This document shows, one piece after another, positions 24,499-33,982 of a DNA stretch of 64,000 nucleotides. This DNA comes from an uncultured Candidatus Micrarchaeota archaeon (lineage in GTDB: Archaea; Micrarchaeota; Micrarchaeia; Burarchaeales; Fermentimicrarchaeaceae), in contig CAVXDX010000008.1 in assembly GCA_963760615.1 (NCBI GenBank), positions 97,459 through 161,458 of the forward strand, in the 5' to 3' direction. A model generated the notes under the pieces. The model was not told where the DNA came from. It saw only the letters and a program-made list of their open reading frames with translations, and searched no databases. The translations under genes were made by a program, and so were the position numbers. The stretch's first letter is position 1; every line of letters begins with the position of its first letter.

Positions 24499-25491
24499 TC
24501 AACGCTTGCATTCCTTCAGCTCTGGATGCGCGTAGCATATGGCTGCTTCCGCGTACTGGGGCTCTGCCTTGTACTGGCAGTCCACCGTCATGACAGGAGC
24601 GCCTGCAGGGGTTGTCTGGATTGTGCCGACCAGAGAATACGTCTCGGCAAGCACCCAGTCCCGGTTCATATCTATGTTGTAGCTTGACATGCACGTATCA
24701 AGCTCGGTGGTGTTCAGTAAAGTTGAATTCACGCATTTCCTAAGCTCATCCTCTGTGAGCGGAACCTCCTGATGCTTCTTGTACGCATCCTCAGTGCAGT
24801 TCTTCAGCTCCTCAAACCTGTCCTGCGCTCTTGCGCACAGCAGGTATCCCAAAGCCCTTGTCACATTCGAGCCGTACTTTGTTGCCAAGTCGTATGAATG
24901 GGTCGGTATTATCTTGTATTCAAAGCTCACATTGCTGCCATTGAACTTCTGCTTGAGCTCCGCAACCTGCTTCTCGGCAGCAAGGCAGGGGGGGCAGTAA
25001 AGGTCGAAGAACACAAAAACCCGTATGGTGTCCTCTGAACAGCTGAGCTTTCCATTGAGCCTCACGACTCCTTTCGCCACAACCTCATCGTTGCTCAGGG
25101 CAAGAGGCTTCGGTCCCTCAATCATGACGCTCTGCAGTGTGAGGTTTGAGTCGTATACACTGATTCTAACTTTCTGGGGTGCGCCAGTTATGTTCAGCAA
25201 TACAGTTTCTTCCCATACTTTGTCATCAGGTATGAACTTCGGGGTTGTGGGGGCGGCATAGGCGAGGTCAGTGTAGCTGTCCATCACTCTTCCAATGAAA
25301 TGGCTCACTTCAGAAATATTGCGCTTTGGAGATTCGAGAACAGTGCAGTTCTGGGCAGGGCATTCCTGCGTTGGAACGGCAGGCCTGCTGACAATTAAGT
25401 AAGACAGCAGGGCAATTGCGACTATGCAGAAAAGAAGCAACAGGTATGGGGTTTTGCTGACTGGTGCAGTTGTCTTTGCCATATTGACCAC
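24499..25491 (-). CDS. exported membrane-anchored thioredoxin-fold oxidoreductase (DsbA-like, CPPC)
   Basis: 330 aa; N-terminal signal anchor, FFDLYCPPC active site, about 9 NxS/T sequons. Confidence 0.6.
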   Translation of the reverse strand: MVNMAKTTAPVSKTPYLLLLFCIVAIALLSYLIVSRPAVPTQECPAQNCTVLESPKRNISEVSHFIGRVMDSYTDLAYAAPTTPKFIPDDKVWEETVLLNITGAPQKVRISVYDSNLTLQSVMIEGPKPLALSNDEVVAKGVVRLNGKLSCSEDTIRVFVFFDLYCPPCLAAEKQVAELKQKFNGSNVSFEYKIIPTHSYDLATKYGSNVTRALGYLLCARAQDRFEELKNCTEDAYKKHQEVPLTEDELRKCVNSTLLNTTELDTCMSSYNIDMNRDWVLAETYSLVGTIQTTPAGAPVMTVDCQYKAEPQYAEAAICYAHPELKECKR

Positions 25492-25492
25492 C

Positions 25493-26107
25493 TCAGTGAG
25501 TATATCTGCCTACAAAGAATTCATCCGAGCACGGACCCATATCTTGGTTCCCTCTCGGGGTGCATACATATTCCAGAGCTATATCATTGGGAAATTCGTC
25601 CCTGAGTGAATCCAGCACATTTCTCTGTTCCGATGATATGGGGCAGGAAGGGCTGTGGAACGCATAGATGAGAGTTTTAGTCCCTTTTCTGCACTCTGGG
25701 AGATTCAGCGCAACAAGAGCTGCTCTTGGAAATTTGCTGCAGAAAGTGCTGCTGTTGGTAGCAGTGCATAAAGCACTGCCTACGCTTTCCCTCTCTACAT
25801 CATCTCCTTTACTCAGCGCATAGGAGCCTATGCGCATGTACCTGCAGTTTATTACTATAACTGGAACGCTTGTTACGCCATATTGGTTTATGAGGGGGCT
25901 GAGAGTCCAGTTCTCGGGAGGCTGGTTGGGAGGTACACGTGGGTTTGCTTTGCCAGGACTCAGGAGTGACAGAATGTATATTGCAAGGAGAAGTGCTAGG
26001 ATGATTAGTATGAGCACAAGCGCACCTCTCATTGAAGGAACGGGCTTATCCCGCTCCATTGTTGCTGCAGGCTCTCTTGGAATAGCTGGCTTATCTCTTT
26101 TCATCAA
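25493..26107 (-). CDS. membrane-anchored thioredoxin-like protein (CxxS variant)
   Basis: 204 aa; N-terminal TM; AFHSPSCPIS resembles a thioredoxin-fold CxxS site; adjacent to the CPPC protein. Confidence 0.4.
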   Translation of the reverse strand: MMKRDKPAIPREPAATMERDKPVPSMRGALVLILIILALLLAIYILSLLSPGKANPRVPPNQPPENWTLSPLINQYGVTSVPVIVINCRYMRIGSYALSKGDDVERESVGSALCTATNSSTFCSKFPRAALVALNLPECRKGTKTLIYAFHSPSCPISSEQRNVLDSLRDEFPNDIALEYVCTPRGNQDMGPCSDEFFVGRYTH

Positions 26108-26133
26108 TTCTATTTTGATGTCAATTATTAAAA

Positions 26134-26976
26134 TTATTGCCCGATGAGGCCCTTTTTTCTTGCCTTGAGAAGAATCTTGTGTATCCCAGAGCCGTATTGC
26201 ATGGCCTTCTTGAGTCTCTCGGCAATTTCACGCGGGAGACCAAGCTCGATTGAGATAAGCTTGAGGATTATCTTTTTCTCACCGCTTATGCTGAGGTTGA
26301 GCTCGGGTTTAAGAGAGGTTGCAACCTTTATGAAATCAGAATCTAAGAATGGGTACCTGAGCTCGCACTGATTGAGAGCTGCGGTGCGCGAGCTGTTCTC
26401 CAAATCCTTCGAGTAAAGCGCCCTGAGCTCTCCGTGAAGCATTTTCCTCAGCTCTCCATTCTTGAGGAAGCATTGCAGATGCCTGTCGTATCCCGCGAAG
26501 AGTTCCTCGGCACCAGAACCAGTAAGGAGGATACTCACACCATCCTTATGCGCATGGCGGGAGCAGACGAAAACCGGAATTGCAAGCTCAACCTTCATGA
26601 AATCTTTCTCACCAAGCATGCTCTGAAGTTCTTTGTAATAATCTATAATCTCTTCTTCACCAATGATGATTTGCTTGACCTCCAGACCCAGCATTCCGGC
26701 AAACTTACCTACATATTTCATATCTTCCGAATCCTTTGTGCCTACCGAATAAAGGAACAGTTTTGATTTGAACCTCCTTGCGATATGTGCTATAAGGGCG
26801 CTGTCTATCCCTCCTGAGAACATTACTCCTATCTTCTCAACTCCTTGCACACTTCTCTCAACGGAACGTATGAAAGCCTCAGCCAGCTCTTTCTTCAGTG
26901 AGTCGGTAAGCTCGAGGTTGAAGCCTGGGCGGGGCAGTGAACTGCCATTGAACGGTATAAAATCTTCCGAGTTCAT
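26134..26976 (-). CDS. asparagine synthetase-domain protein (PP-loop ATPase, no glutaminase domain)
   Basis: MFSGGIDS PP-loop and LLTGSGAEELFAGY AsnB C-domain motif; start reassigned to an internal ATG (26974-26976) that overlaps the upstream stop. Confidence 0.6.
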   Translation of the reverse strand: MNSEDFIPFNGSSLPRPGFNLELTDSLKKELAEAFIRSVERSVQGVEKIGVMFSGGIDSALIAHIARRFKSKLFLYSVGTKDSEDMKYVGKFAGMLGLEVKQIIIGEEEIIDYYKELQSMLGEKDFMKVELAIPVFVCSRHAHKDGVSILLTGSGAEELFAGYDRHLQCFLKNGELRKMLHGELRALYSKDLENSSRTAALNQCELRYPFLDSDFIKVATSLKPELNLSISGEKKIILKLISIELGLPREIAERLKKAMQYGSGIHKILLKARKKGLIGQ

Positions 26977-27329
26977 TGTATCCTCTCCAGTTCTGCAAGC
27001 GCTGCCTTCCTCACCATGGGGCTGTTGAGCTGCTGGGATATGATCTCCTTCAACATAGTGCACATCCTCTCCCTTCTCTCCTCCCCGGAATGTTTTGAAT
27101 TTATGTAGGCGGTTAGGTACTCCAACCCGCGGAAGCCGACCTGCCGGCTGTTGGTGATTTTCACCAGTTCGAGTATTGAAGAATATTTGTCCTTATCAGA
27201 AACAGATTCGTTATCAAGGAACTTCAGCATGGCAAGATAGTCTCCTTTCCTGGCGAGCTTTATCCTTCTATCTGCATCCCTAAGCTCGGCTGTAAATTTA
27301 TCTTTTTTTAGACCTATTGAAGAGCTCAT
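26973..27329 (-). CDS. hypothetical protein
   Basis: ORF trimmed to the internal Met because the 5' extension overlaps tRNA-Lys. Confidence 0.35.
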   Translation of the reverse strand: MSSSIGLKKDKFTAELRDADRRIKLARKGDYLAMLKFLDNESVSDKDKYSSILELVKITNSRQVGFRGLEYLTAYINSKHSGEERRERMCTMLKEIISQQLNSPMVRKAALAELERIQ

Positions 27330-27345
27330 TGCAACCACGAAAGAG

Positions 27346-27435
27346 CGGGCCCGGCGGGATTTGAACCCGCGACTCCCTGGTTTCCTCATGCGAGTTTAAA
27401 AGCCAGGTACTCTGGCCAAGCTGAGTTACGGGCCC
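27346..27435 (-). tRNA. tRNA-Lys (anticodon TTT) with 15-nt canonical intron
   Basis: Acceptor GGGCCCG/CGGGCCC, anticodon stem CCTGG/CCAGG, loop CTTTTA|A interrupted after position 37 by AACTCGCATGAGGAA, T-arm GCGGG-TTCAAAT-CCCGC. Confidence 0.75.
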
Positions 27436-27472
27436 TCAGAGACTCTTAGAATTGTGAAGTTATTGATATATA

Positions 27473-29128
27473 TTATTTCCTGAGCCTACCCTCCTGCTTT
27501 GCTATGCTCTCATCGCTCACCTTTTCAAAAAGAAGCTTTGCTGCGGCTATCTTTTTTCCAGGTGCAAGAAGCTCCTTGTCGACATGCTCCCATGTGATTT
27601 TCTCCTTTATCTCAAGCTGCGAGAGCAGTTTCTCTGATGAGAAAGGCAGGTAAGGGGAAAGCAGCACAGCAAGAGCAGTAACTGCCCTTGAGCATACATA
27701 GAGACAGTTGCCCAATTTCTTTGTGTCCTTCTCCTTCCAGGGCTCCCTCTCACTCAGATATCTGTTGAATTCCGAAGCCAGAGAGTTTATCTCTTCAAGC
27801 CCTCCCTTGAAGTCGAATGAGTCAATTCTCTTCCCCACGGATATTTTCCTATCGCTTATAAGCTGCAGGAGCTTCTCTTCCTTCTCATCAAGCTTCACCG
27901 GCTCTGGTATGATGCTGCCTGACTTGTTTATGAGGACAAGCGTCCTGTGTATGAAGTTGCCTATGCATGCCACAAGCTCATTGTTCACCTTCTCCTGAAA
28001 GTCCTTCCAGTAGAAGTCAGCATCCTGCACGTTGTGGGGTGTTATCATTGTCACATAGTAGCGCAGGTAATCCGCTGGGAATGCTGAAAGGTAGTCCTCA
28101 AGTGAGACAAACCAGTTCTTGCTCTTTGAGAACTTTCTACCCTGCAAGTTGAGATATCCTCTCGTTGGAATTGCATCCGGAGGCTTGAAGCCCTCCCCGA
28201 CCTCCATGAGCATTGCAGGCCAGAAGAGGTAGTGATGGTATACAATATCTTTGCCTATAAAATGGACTATTCTACAATCCTTCTTCCAGTAGTCCTCCCA
28301 GCTCTTGCCGTTCTTGTTCGCCCATGCAACTGTTGAGCTAACATAGCCTATGGGTGCATCAAACCAGACGTAGAGAACTTTTCCCTTATCCCCCGGTATT
28401 GGAACGCCCCAGTCCATATCCCTGCTGATATCCCAATCCTTCAAACCTTCCTTTATCCAGTTCAGCAGGTAGTTAATAACCTCTGACTGCAGCTCCTTAT
28501 TTTCTTTTAACCACTTCTCAAGTTTCGGGGAAAGCTGGCCGAGCTTGAAGAAGTAGTGCCTGCTCTTCTTAGCTGTTGGAGTTGAGCCGCACGATGAACA
28601 TTTAGGTTTAAGGAGCTCACCCGCAGCGAGAGCCTTGCCGCATGCATCGCAGTAGTCGCTGTACTGACCCCCTGCACCGCAGTACGGGCAGGTGCCTATG
28701 ACAAACCTGTCCGGCAGGAATCGCTTGCATTTCTCGCAGTATGCCTGCTCAACCTCCTTTTCGTAAATGAGGTTCTTTTCCTTCAGCTTGAGGAAGAAAT
28801 GCTGCGCCATTTCTTTATTCTCCTGAGAAGAGGTTCTGTGGAATATATCCATGTTGAAGCCCAGCTTCTCAAACTCTTTCTTGTCCCTGTCGTGGTAGTA
28901 TTTTACGAATTCTTCCGGCTTCTTCTTCTCCTTCTCTGCAGCCGCAACGATGGGCGTACCATGCTCATCACTTGCACAGATGTATACTGCATCCCTTCCC
29001 GCAAGCCTCTGGTAGCGTGCGTATATGTCCGCAGGAAGATATGTGCTCCTTATGTGCCCTAGGTGCAGAGGCCCGTTTGCATAGGGCAGCGCTGCAGTTA
29101 TTGTTATCCTTATCCCAATCACCTTCAT
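27473..29128 (-). CDS. metG: methionyl-tRNA synthetase
   Basis: LPYANGPLHLGH HIGH motif, KFSKS, CPYCG/CDACG zinc knuckles; start moved to MKVIGIR (ATG 29126-29128). Confidence 0.85.
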   Translation of the reverse strand: MKVIGIRITITAALPYANGPLHLGHIRSTYLPADIYARYQRLAGRDAVYICASDEHGTPIVAAAEKEKKKPEEFVKYYHDRDKKEFEKLGFNMDIFHRTSSQENKEMAQHFFLKLKEKNLIYEKEVEQAYCEKCKRFLPDRFVIGTCPYCGAGGQYSDYCDACGKALAAGELLKPKCSSCGSTPTAKKSRHYFFKLGQLSPKLEKWLKENKELQSEVINYLLNWIKEGLKDWDISRDMDWGVPIPGDKGKVLYVWFDAPIGYVSSTVAWANKNGKSWEDYWKKDCRIVHFIGKDIVYHHYLFWPAMLMEVGEGFKPPDAIPTRGYLNLQGRKFSKSKNWFVSLEDYLSAFPADYLRYYVTMITPHNVQDADFYWKDFQEKVNNELVACIGNFIHRTLVLINKSGSIIPEPVKLDEKEEKLLQLISDRKISVGKRIDSFDFKGGLEEINSLASEFNRYLSEREPWKEKDTKKLGNCLYVCSRAVTALAVLLSPYLPFSSEKLLSQLEIKEKITWEHVDKELLAPGKKIAAAKLLFEKVSDESIAKQEGRLRK

Positions 29129-29174
29129 CGATATTACTGCCGAGCATCTTAATAATTGCTTGCTAAGAATCAGA

Positions 29175-30206
29175 CTAAGACTTGCATGAGCATAGCACCG
29201 CGTATGTCTTTCTAAGGTTTTCCAGATGCGTAGTCTGTTCTCTAACTTCCCATTGCTTCTCTGCAAGATCTTCTGATAAATTACTTCCCAACGCTGTGTT
29301 GATGCATGACCGCATCTGAATCCTTAGCTTCTCAGCCTCAGCAACCTTATTTTTAACCTCCGCATCTTTATCGGAAATTGCCTTCTCAATAAATTTCTTA
29401 ACCTTCTCAAGGTCAATTCCAGCTATGGCAAACGCAATGGCATCCGGGTTTGCAGGCGCGTGGTTGGACCAGATGAACAGCAGATTGTCAAAGTGACTTT
29501 CAGTGTGTTCCCTAGTGATTCCTGCTAAAAAGCGAGCCTCTTCCTTTAGGTTGTGATTATTGAGCTGGGAGAGCAGCAGGCTTGGACTTTTTGACTCGCT
29601 GAGAACTTTTTTGACTGCTTCCTGCGGTGTTGAACCCTCCTTTTCAAGAGTTTTGACCCTCAACGCCAGCTCGTATCTTTTTTTGGTGTCGCTGGCATAA
29701 GCTTCATCGCCAAATCTCGCCTTTGTGAAGGAATATTTTATGTTCTGGCTTTCGAGGAAATCAAGCAGCGAAACTAAGTTCTGGTATGCCCCCTGCTTTC
29801 TGAGCCTGTCCAGAGCATCCGGTTTGAGGAAGCTTGCCCTGCTAGAGGTATTTAGTCTGTTGAATGCTCCGTTTACCGAAAGTTTGTAGAAAAGACCGCT
29901 CACCAGATGAATTGCTGCAGACCCTCCGGACTCATCGCCAAAACCAGTTATTTCAGCGTAAACCCCTTCGCTGAGGGTTACGGCCTTCACTGCCCTGAAG
30001 CCAAAAACCCGTACATGAGTATCACCAACGCTGAACTTCGTATCAATCTCCCTCGTATTCATCCTACGGAAGTACTCGGAAAGCTTGCTCTGCAGGTCTT
30101 TTATTGCATGATGGTGGAATGCGTCCCTTGCAGGCACATCTTTCGGAGTAGTTTCTTTAACGTCCACTGGGCTCTTAGCAAATTCTGGAATGTGCTTTTG
30201 TGGCAT
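29175..30206 (-). CDS. hypothetical protein
   Basis: 343-aa ORF; 5' flank TTTTAATCTTAGATGCCATAATTATTAC-ATG resembles the cassette promoter. Confidence 0.4.
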   Translation of the reverse strand: MPQKHIPEFAKSPVDVKETTPKDVPARDAFHHHAIKDLQSKLSEYFRRMNTREIDTKFSVGDTHVRVFGFRAVKAVTLSEGVYAEITGFGDESGGSAAIHLVSGLFYKLSVNGAFNRLNTSSRASFLKPDALDRLRKQGAYQNLVSLLDFLESQNIKYSFTKARFGDEAYASDTKKRYELALRVKTLEKEGSTPQEAVKKVLSESKSPSLLLSQLNNHNLKEEARFLAGITREHTESHFDNLLFIWSNHAPANPDAIAFAIAGIDLEKVKKFIEKAISDKDAEVKNKVAEAEKLRIQMRSCINTALGSNLSEDLAEKQWEVREQTTHLENLRKTYAVLCSCKS

Positions 30207-30379
30207 GTAATAATTATGGCATCTAAGATTAAAATAGGTTTACTTGCGCTAAGCTAGTATGTTTTTCGGAAAGTTACCCCTCCCTCAGGTATTTAAATAG
30301 GGTAAAGCAAGAAGTCAGCAAAAGATATTTATGCACTACTGTATAAAATAGCAATACTCTTTTTAAGAGGATGAGGTGA

Positions 30380-33300
30380 ATGGCCGAGGATATATCCCTC
30401 ATAGTTGACGACTTCGAGAAGTTCTTCGATACTTTCTGTAAGGAGGAGATTGAGACGCTCCTAGAGAGGTATCCCGAGAAGAGAAGCCTGGAAGTCAGCT
30501 ACGGGGAGCTGAGCAGGTACAGCAGCAAGACTGCGGACAACCTGCTGAACAAGCCCGATGCGTACATAAAGGCTGCGGAAAATGCATTGAAGGCGATGGC
30601 AATGCCTTCCCAGTACGAGGTGCCCTTCGAGCCCCACGTGCGCTTCTTTAACTTGCCTGAGCAGAGCAGGCCCCTGATTCAGGACATTGGCGCGGACCAT
30701 GTAGGCAAGCTCATCTGCATTGACGGTCTGATAACCAAAAGGACGGAGATAAGGCCGAAAGTTAAAGTTATGGAATTGAAGTGCCCGTACTGCGAGCATG
30801 TGGAGAAAATTCCTGTTGAGAGGAACACAGTCATACCGGAAACCTGCTCAAACTGCAAGAGAAAAGGCCTGCAGCACGATGAGGAGGAGTCACGATTCGT
30901 AAACTTGCAGAGGGCTGAGGCGCAGGAGCCTCTTGAGAGGACAAGGGGAGGCGCACAGGCCAGCCACATTGAGGTGTGGATGGAGGATGATTTGGTCAAC
31001 ACAATCAGCCCAGGGCAGAGGGTTGAGGTAACTGCTGTTCTGAGGATAAGACCGTTCAACGAGTCAAGGGGGCAGAGCTCAAGAACAGTCTATTCAAAAT
31101 ACCTTGATGCCGTGCACCTCAAGAGGGTTGAGAAGGAGTTTGAGGAGGTGGACATCAGCAAGGAGGATGAGAAAATTATACTTGAACTCTCAAAAGATGC
31201 CAATTTGTACAAGAAGATTGTGGGCTCAATTGCGCCTTCCATATACGGGCATGATGAGGTTAAGGAGGCGCTGGGCCTGCAGCTCTTCGGGGGAACTCCG
31301 AACAAAATGCTCTCTGATGGGGGGCATATAAGAAGCGATATACATGTGCTCCTCATAGGTGACCCGGGAGTGAGTAAAACCCGCTTGCTGCAGTACATAA
31401 CGAACCTTGCTCCCAAGAGTATATATGTGAGCGGTAAGGCAGTGACATCCGCCGGTTTGACTGCAACTGCCGAGAAGGATGAGCTTGGCGATGGCGGATG
31501 GACCCTGAAGGCAGGGGCGCTTGTCCTTGCATCCGGTGGTCTTGCAGGCATAGATGAGTTTGACAAGATTAAGGATGAAGAAGTAGCAGCAATGCACGAG
31601 GTAATGGAAAGCCAAAGTTACCACCCACAAACCAAGTTGATGTTCGCTGATGGCAGGGAGAGACAGATCGGAGAATTTGTTGAAGAGTTAATGCTTTCAG
31701 ATTCTAGGGATGTAATTAAGGGTAAGGACTGCATGATTCTTAGACCTAAATACGAGTATAGAGTGCTCACAACTGATTTTAGTAGAATTTATAGCACTGG
31801 GATAAGTCAAGTAAGCAAGCATAAGGCACCGGATTATTTCATCAGAGTGAAGCTCCAGAGCGGGAGGGAACTTTTGGTAACTCCCGAGCACCCATTCTGG
31901 GTTATTGAGGACTGCGATGTGAAGACTGTTGATGCTGAGAAGCTGAGAGGGGGAGAGTTTATTCCAATGCCTAAATATCTCCCAGTTGAGCATGAAGAGG
32001 ATGGGTACAGCAAGGAGTTTTACAGATTTCTGGGTTATCATATAACCGAAGGAAGCTATGAGCTTAACAGAGGAGTGAAGAATGGGATAAACTTCACGAA
32101 CAAAAACCAAGAGCTTGTGGACGATTATGTTGATTTAACTAGTGGAATATTCGGCTCCAAATGTTACATCCAAGAGGATAAGAGGAGTGGCGTAACAAAT
32201 GCAAGAATAATATCTATGCCAGTTGTAAGGTATCTTTCTTCAATCGATTCAAATTTGCTTAGCAAGGGGGTTTCCAAGAACCTGCCAGACCGGTTCCTTG
32301 GCGCTAGTGATGAGAAAATAAGAGAGTTTCTGAAGGCAACATACGAGGGTGATGGATCATTTAGCAAGAATACGGTAAGCCTGGTTTGTGAGAACCATAA
32401 GTTTGTTGAACAGATTCAGACACTACTGCTTAGGTTTGGCATCAGGTCGCATACGTTCAAGGATGGAATTGTCTATAGGATAACAATCAATGGGGAGGAA
32501 AATCTCAGAACCTTCTATGAGAAAGTGGGCTTCATTTCTAATGAGAAAAATTCTAAGCTCTTGGGGTATTTGAGAAAGGAAAAATCGTATAGAACAGTCA
32601 CGGATGTTATACCGAATTCCGGGAAGAAGGTATACAAGTTGCTCAGGGAACTCAAAATACACAGCAGTTATATACTCTCTTCATCGTTGACGACTAATTT
32701 CTCGAATAAACACAATTTCACCAGAAGAAGTTTTGAGAAGATTGTTTGCAGGATGAACGAGAAAATTGCTGCCATAAGAGAGGCTATTCCAAGCGTGGAA
32801 AGGGCAACATCAATTAATGAGCTGGTAAGGATTAGAAAATCCCTTAACTTATCCCAAAGTGACATTTCTGGAAGGGATGAGAGATTACGGCATCTCGTCT
32901 CCTACTACGAAATCAAAAATACGCAAATTGAGAGGTGCAGGAAGCTTCTGATGGAATGCTGCATGAAGAAACTGGAGGCTGAAAGAGAAGTCGATAGGCT
33001 GGGAAGGCTTGCGCAAAGCGATATCAGATGGTGCAAGGTTGTCTCTGTTGATAAAGTTGAGAATGAGAATATTGAATGGGTTTACGATGTTGCAGTTGAG
33101 CCAACTAAAGCATTCGTATCAGAGTGCGCCGTGCTGCACAACAGCGTCTCAGTTGCGAAGGCGGGTATAGTCGCAAAGTTTAAGGCCAAGACATCCATAC
33201 TCGCAGCAGCAAACCCCAAGTTCGGAAGGTTCGACCCAATGGGGTATCCTGCGGACCAGTTTGATATTCCTCCTACAATACTCTCAAGGTTTGACTTGAT

Positions 33301-33982
33301 TTTCCCAATAAAGGATATTCTTGATGAGGAGAAGGACAGGAAACTTGCGAGCTTCATACTTGACCAGCACACAGCTGCGGGAAAGAGGGTTGAGAAGACC
33401 ATAACCGAGGAGGAGGAGATAAGGCCGCCCATAGAGGCGGATATGCTCAGAAAGTACATTGCCTACGCGAGGAGGAGAATTTCGCCTGTTCTGACTCCGG
33501 AAGCCAGCGACAAGATAAGGGAGTATTACGTTGAGCTGAGGAGGATTGGCGCTACGCAGGGCGCAGTCCCCATAACCCCGAGGTATATTGAAGGAATGGT
33601 GAGGCTTGCAGAGGCAAGTGCTAAGGTAAGGCTAAGCAAGAGGGTGGAGCTGGCAGATGCTGAGAGGGCGATAAAGCTCATGGACTTCATGCTCAAATCA
33701 ATAACAATGGACAAGGGGCTGGGCAGAATAGACATAGATATAATAACGACAGGCCAGCCAAAGTCAAAAGCAGACAGAATAAGGAATATAATTGACATAG
33801 TGAAGGAGCTTGAGAAAGAATATGACTTGGTTGAGATTGAGAAGGTAGTTGAGGAGGCAAAGAAGTACGGGCTCGATGAGACAACAACAAGAAGGATGAT
33901 TGACGAGATGCTTAGGAAAACAGGGGAGCTGTACGAGCCAAAGCACGGGCATGTGAAGGTTGTTAGGCCGAAGGTGGAGTGA
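30380..33982 (+). CDS. mcm: MCM replicative helicase containing a LAGLIDADG intein
   Basis: 1200 aa; N-terminal Zn finger CPYCEH...CSNCK, Walker A LLIGDPGVSKT, Walker B IDEFDKI, arginine finger SRFDL; ~509-aa insertion with intein blocks. Confidence 0.9.
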   Translation: MAEDISLIVDDFEKFFDTFCKEEIETLLERYPEKRSLEVSYGELSRYSSKTADNLLNKPDAYIKAAENALKAMAMPSQYEVPFEPHVRFFNLPEQSRPLIQDIGADHVGKLICIDGLITKRTEIRPKVKVMELKCPYCEHVEKIPVERNTVIPETCSNCKRKGLQHDEEESRFVNLQRAEAQEPLERTRGGAQASHIEVWMEDDLVNTISPGQRVEVTAVLRIRPFNESRGQSSRTVYSKYLDAVHLKRVEKEFEEVDISKEDEKIILELSKDANLYKKIVGSIAPSIYGHDEVKEALGLQLFGGTPNKMLSDGGHIRSDIHVLLIGDPGVSKTRLLQYITNLAPKSIYVSGKAVTSAGLTATAEKDELGDGGWTLKAGALVLASGGLAGIDEFDKIKDEEVAAMHEVMESQSYHPQTKLMFADGRERQIGEFVEELMLSDSRDVIKGKDCMILRPKYEYRVLTTDFSRIYSTGISQVSKHKAPDYFIRVKLQSGRELLVTPEHPFWVIEDCDVKTVDAEKLRGGEFIPMPKYLPVEHEEDGYSKEFYRFLGYHITEGSYELNRGVKNGINFTNKNQELVDDYVDLTSGIFGSKCYIQEDKRSGVTNARIISMPVVRYLSSIDSNLLSKGVSKNLPDRFLGASDEKIREFLKATYEGDGSFSKNTVSLVCENHKFVEQIQTLLLRFGIRSHTFKDGIVYRITINGEENLRTFYEKVGFISNEKNSKLLGYLRKEKSYRTVTDVIPNSGKKVYKLLRELKIHSSYILSSSLTTNFSNKHNFTRRSFEKIVCRMNEKIAAIREAIPSVERATSINELVRIRKSLNLSQSDISGRDERLRHLVSYYEIKNTQIERCRKLLMECCMKKLEAEREVDRLGRLAQSDIRWCKVVSVDKVENENIEWVYDVAVEPTKAFVSECAVLHNSVSVAKAGIVAKFKAKTSILAAANPKFGRFDPMGYPADQFDIPPTILSRFDLIFPIKDILDEEKDRKLASFILDQHTAAGKRVEKTITEEEEIRPPIEADMLRKYIAYARRRISPVLTPEASDKIREYYVELRRIGATQGAVPITPRYIEGMVRLAEASAKVRLSKRVELADAERAIKLMDFMLKSITMDKGLGRIDIDIITTGQPKSKADRIRNIIDIVKELEKEYDLVEIEKVVEEAKKYGLDETTTRRMIDEMLRKTGELYEPKHGHVKVVRPKVE
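31616..33142 (+). other. intein (509 aa) with LAGLIDADG homing-endonuclease domain, within MCM
   Basis: Block A SYHPQTKLMFADG...IGEFV; block B LVTPEHPFWV; LAGLIDADG-like FLGYHITEGS and FLKATYEGDGSF; C-terminal HN followed by Ser; exteins rejoin as HEVMESQ|SVSVAKAGI. Confidence 0.75.

Noticed and set aside
27330-27389. N-terminal 20 codons of ORF 26973..27389
   Set aside because: They overlap the tRNA-Lys gene on the same strand, so the ORF was trimmed to the internal Met.
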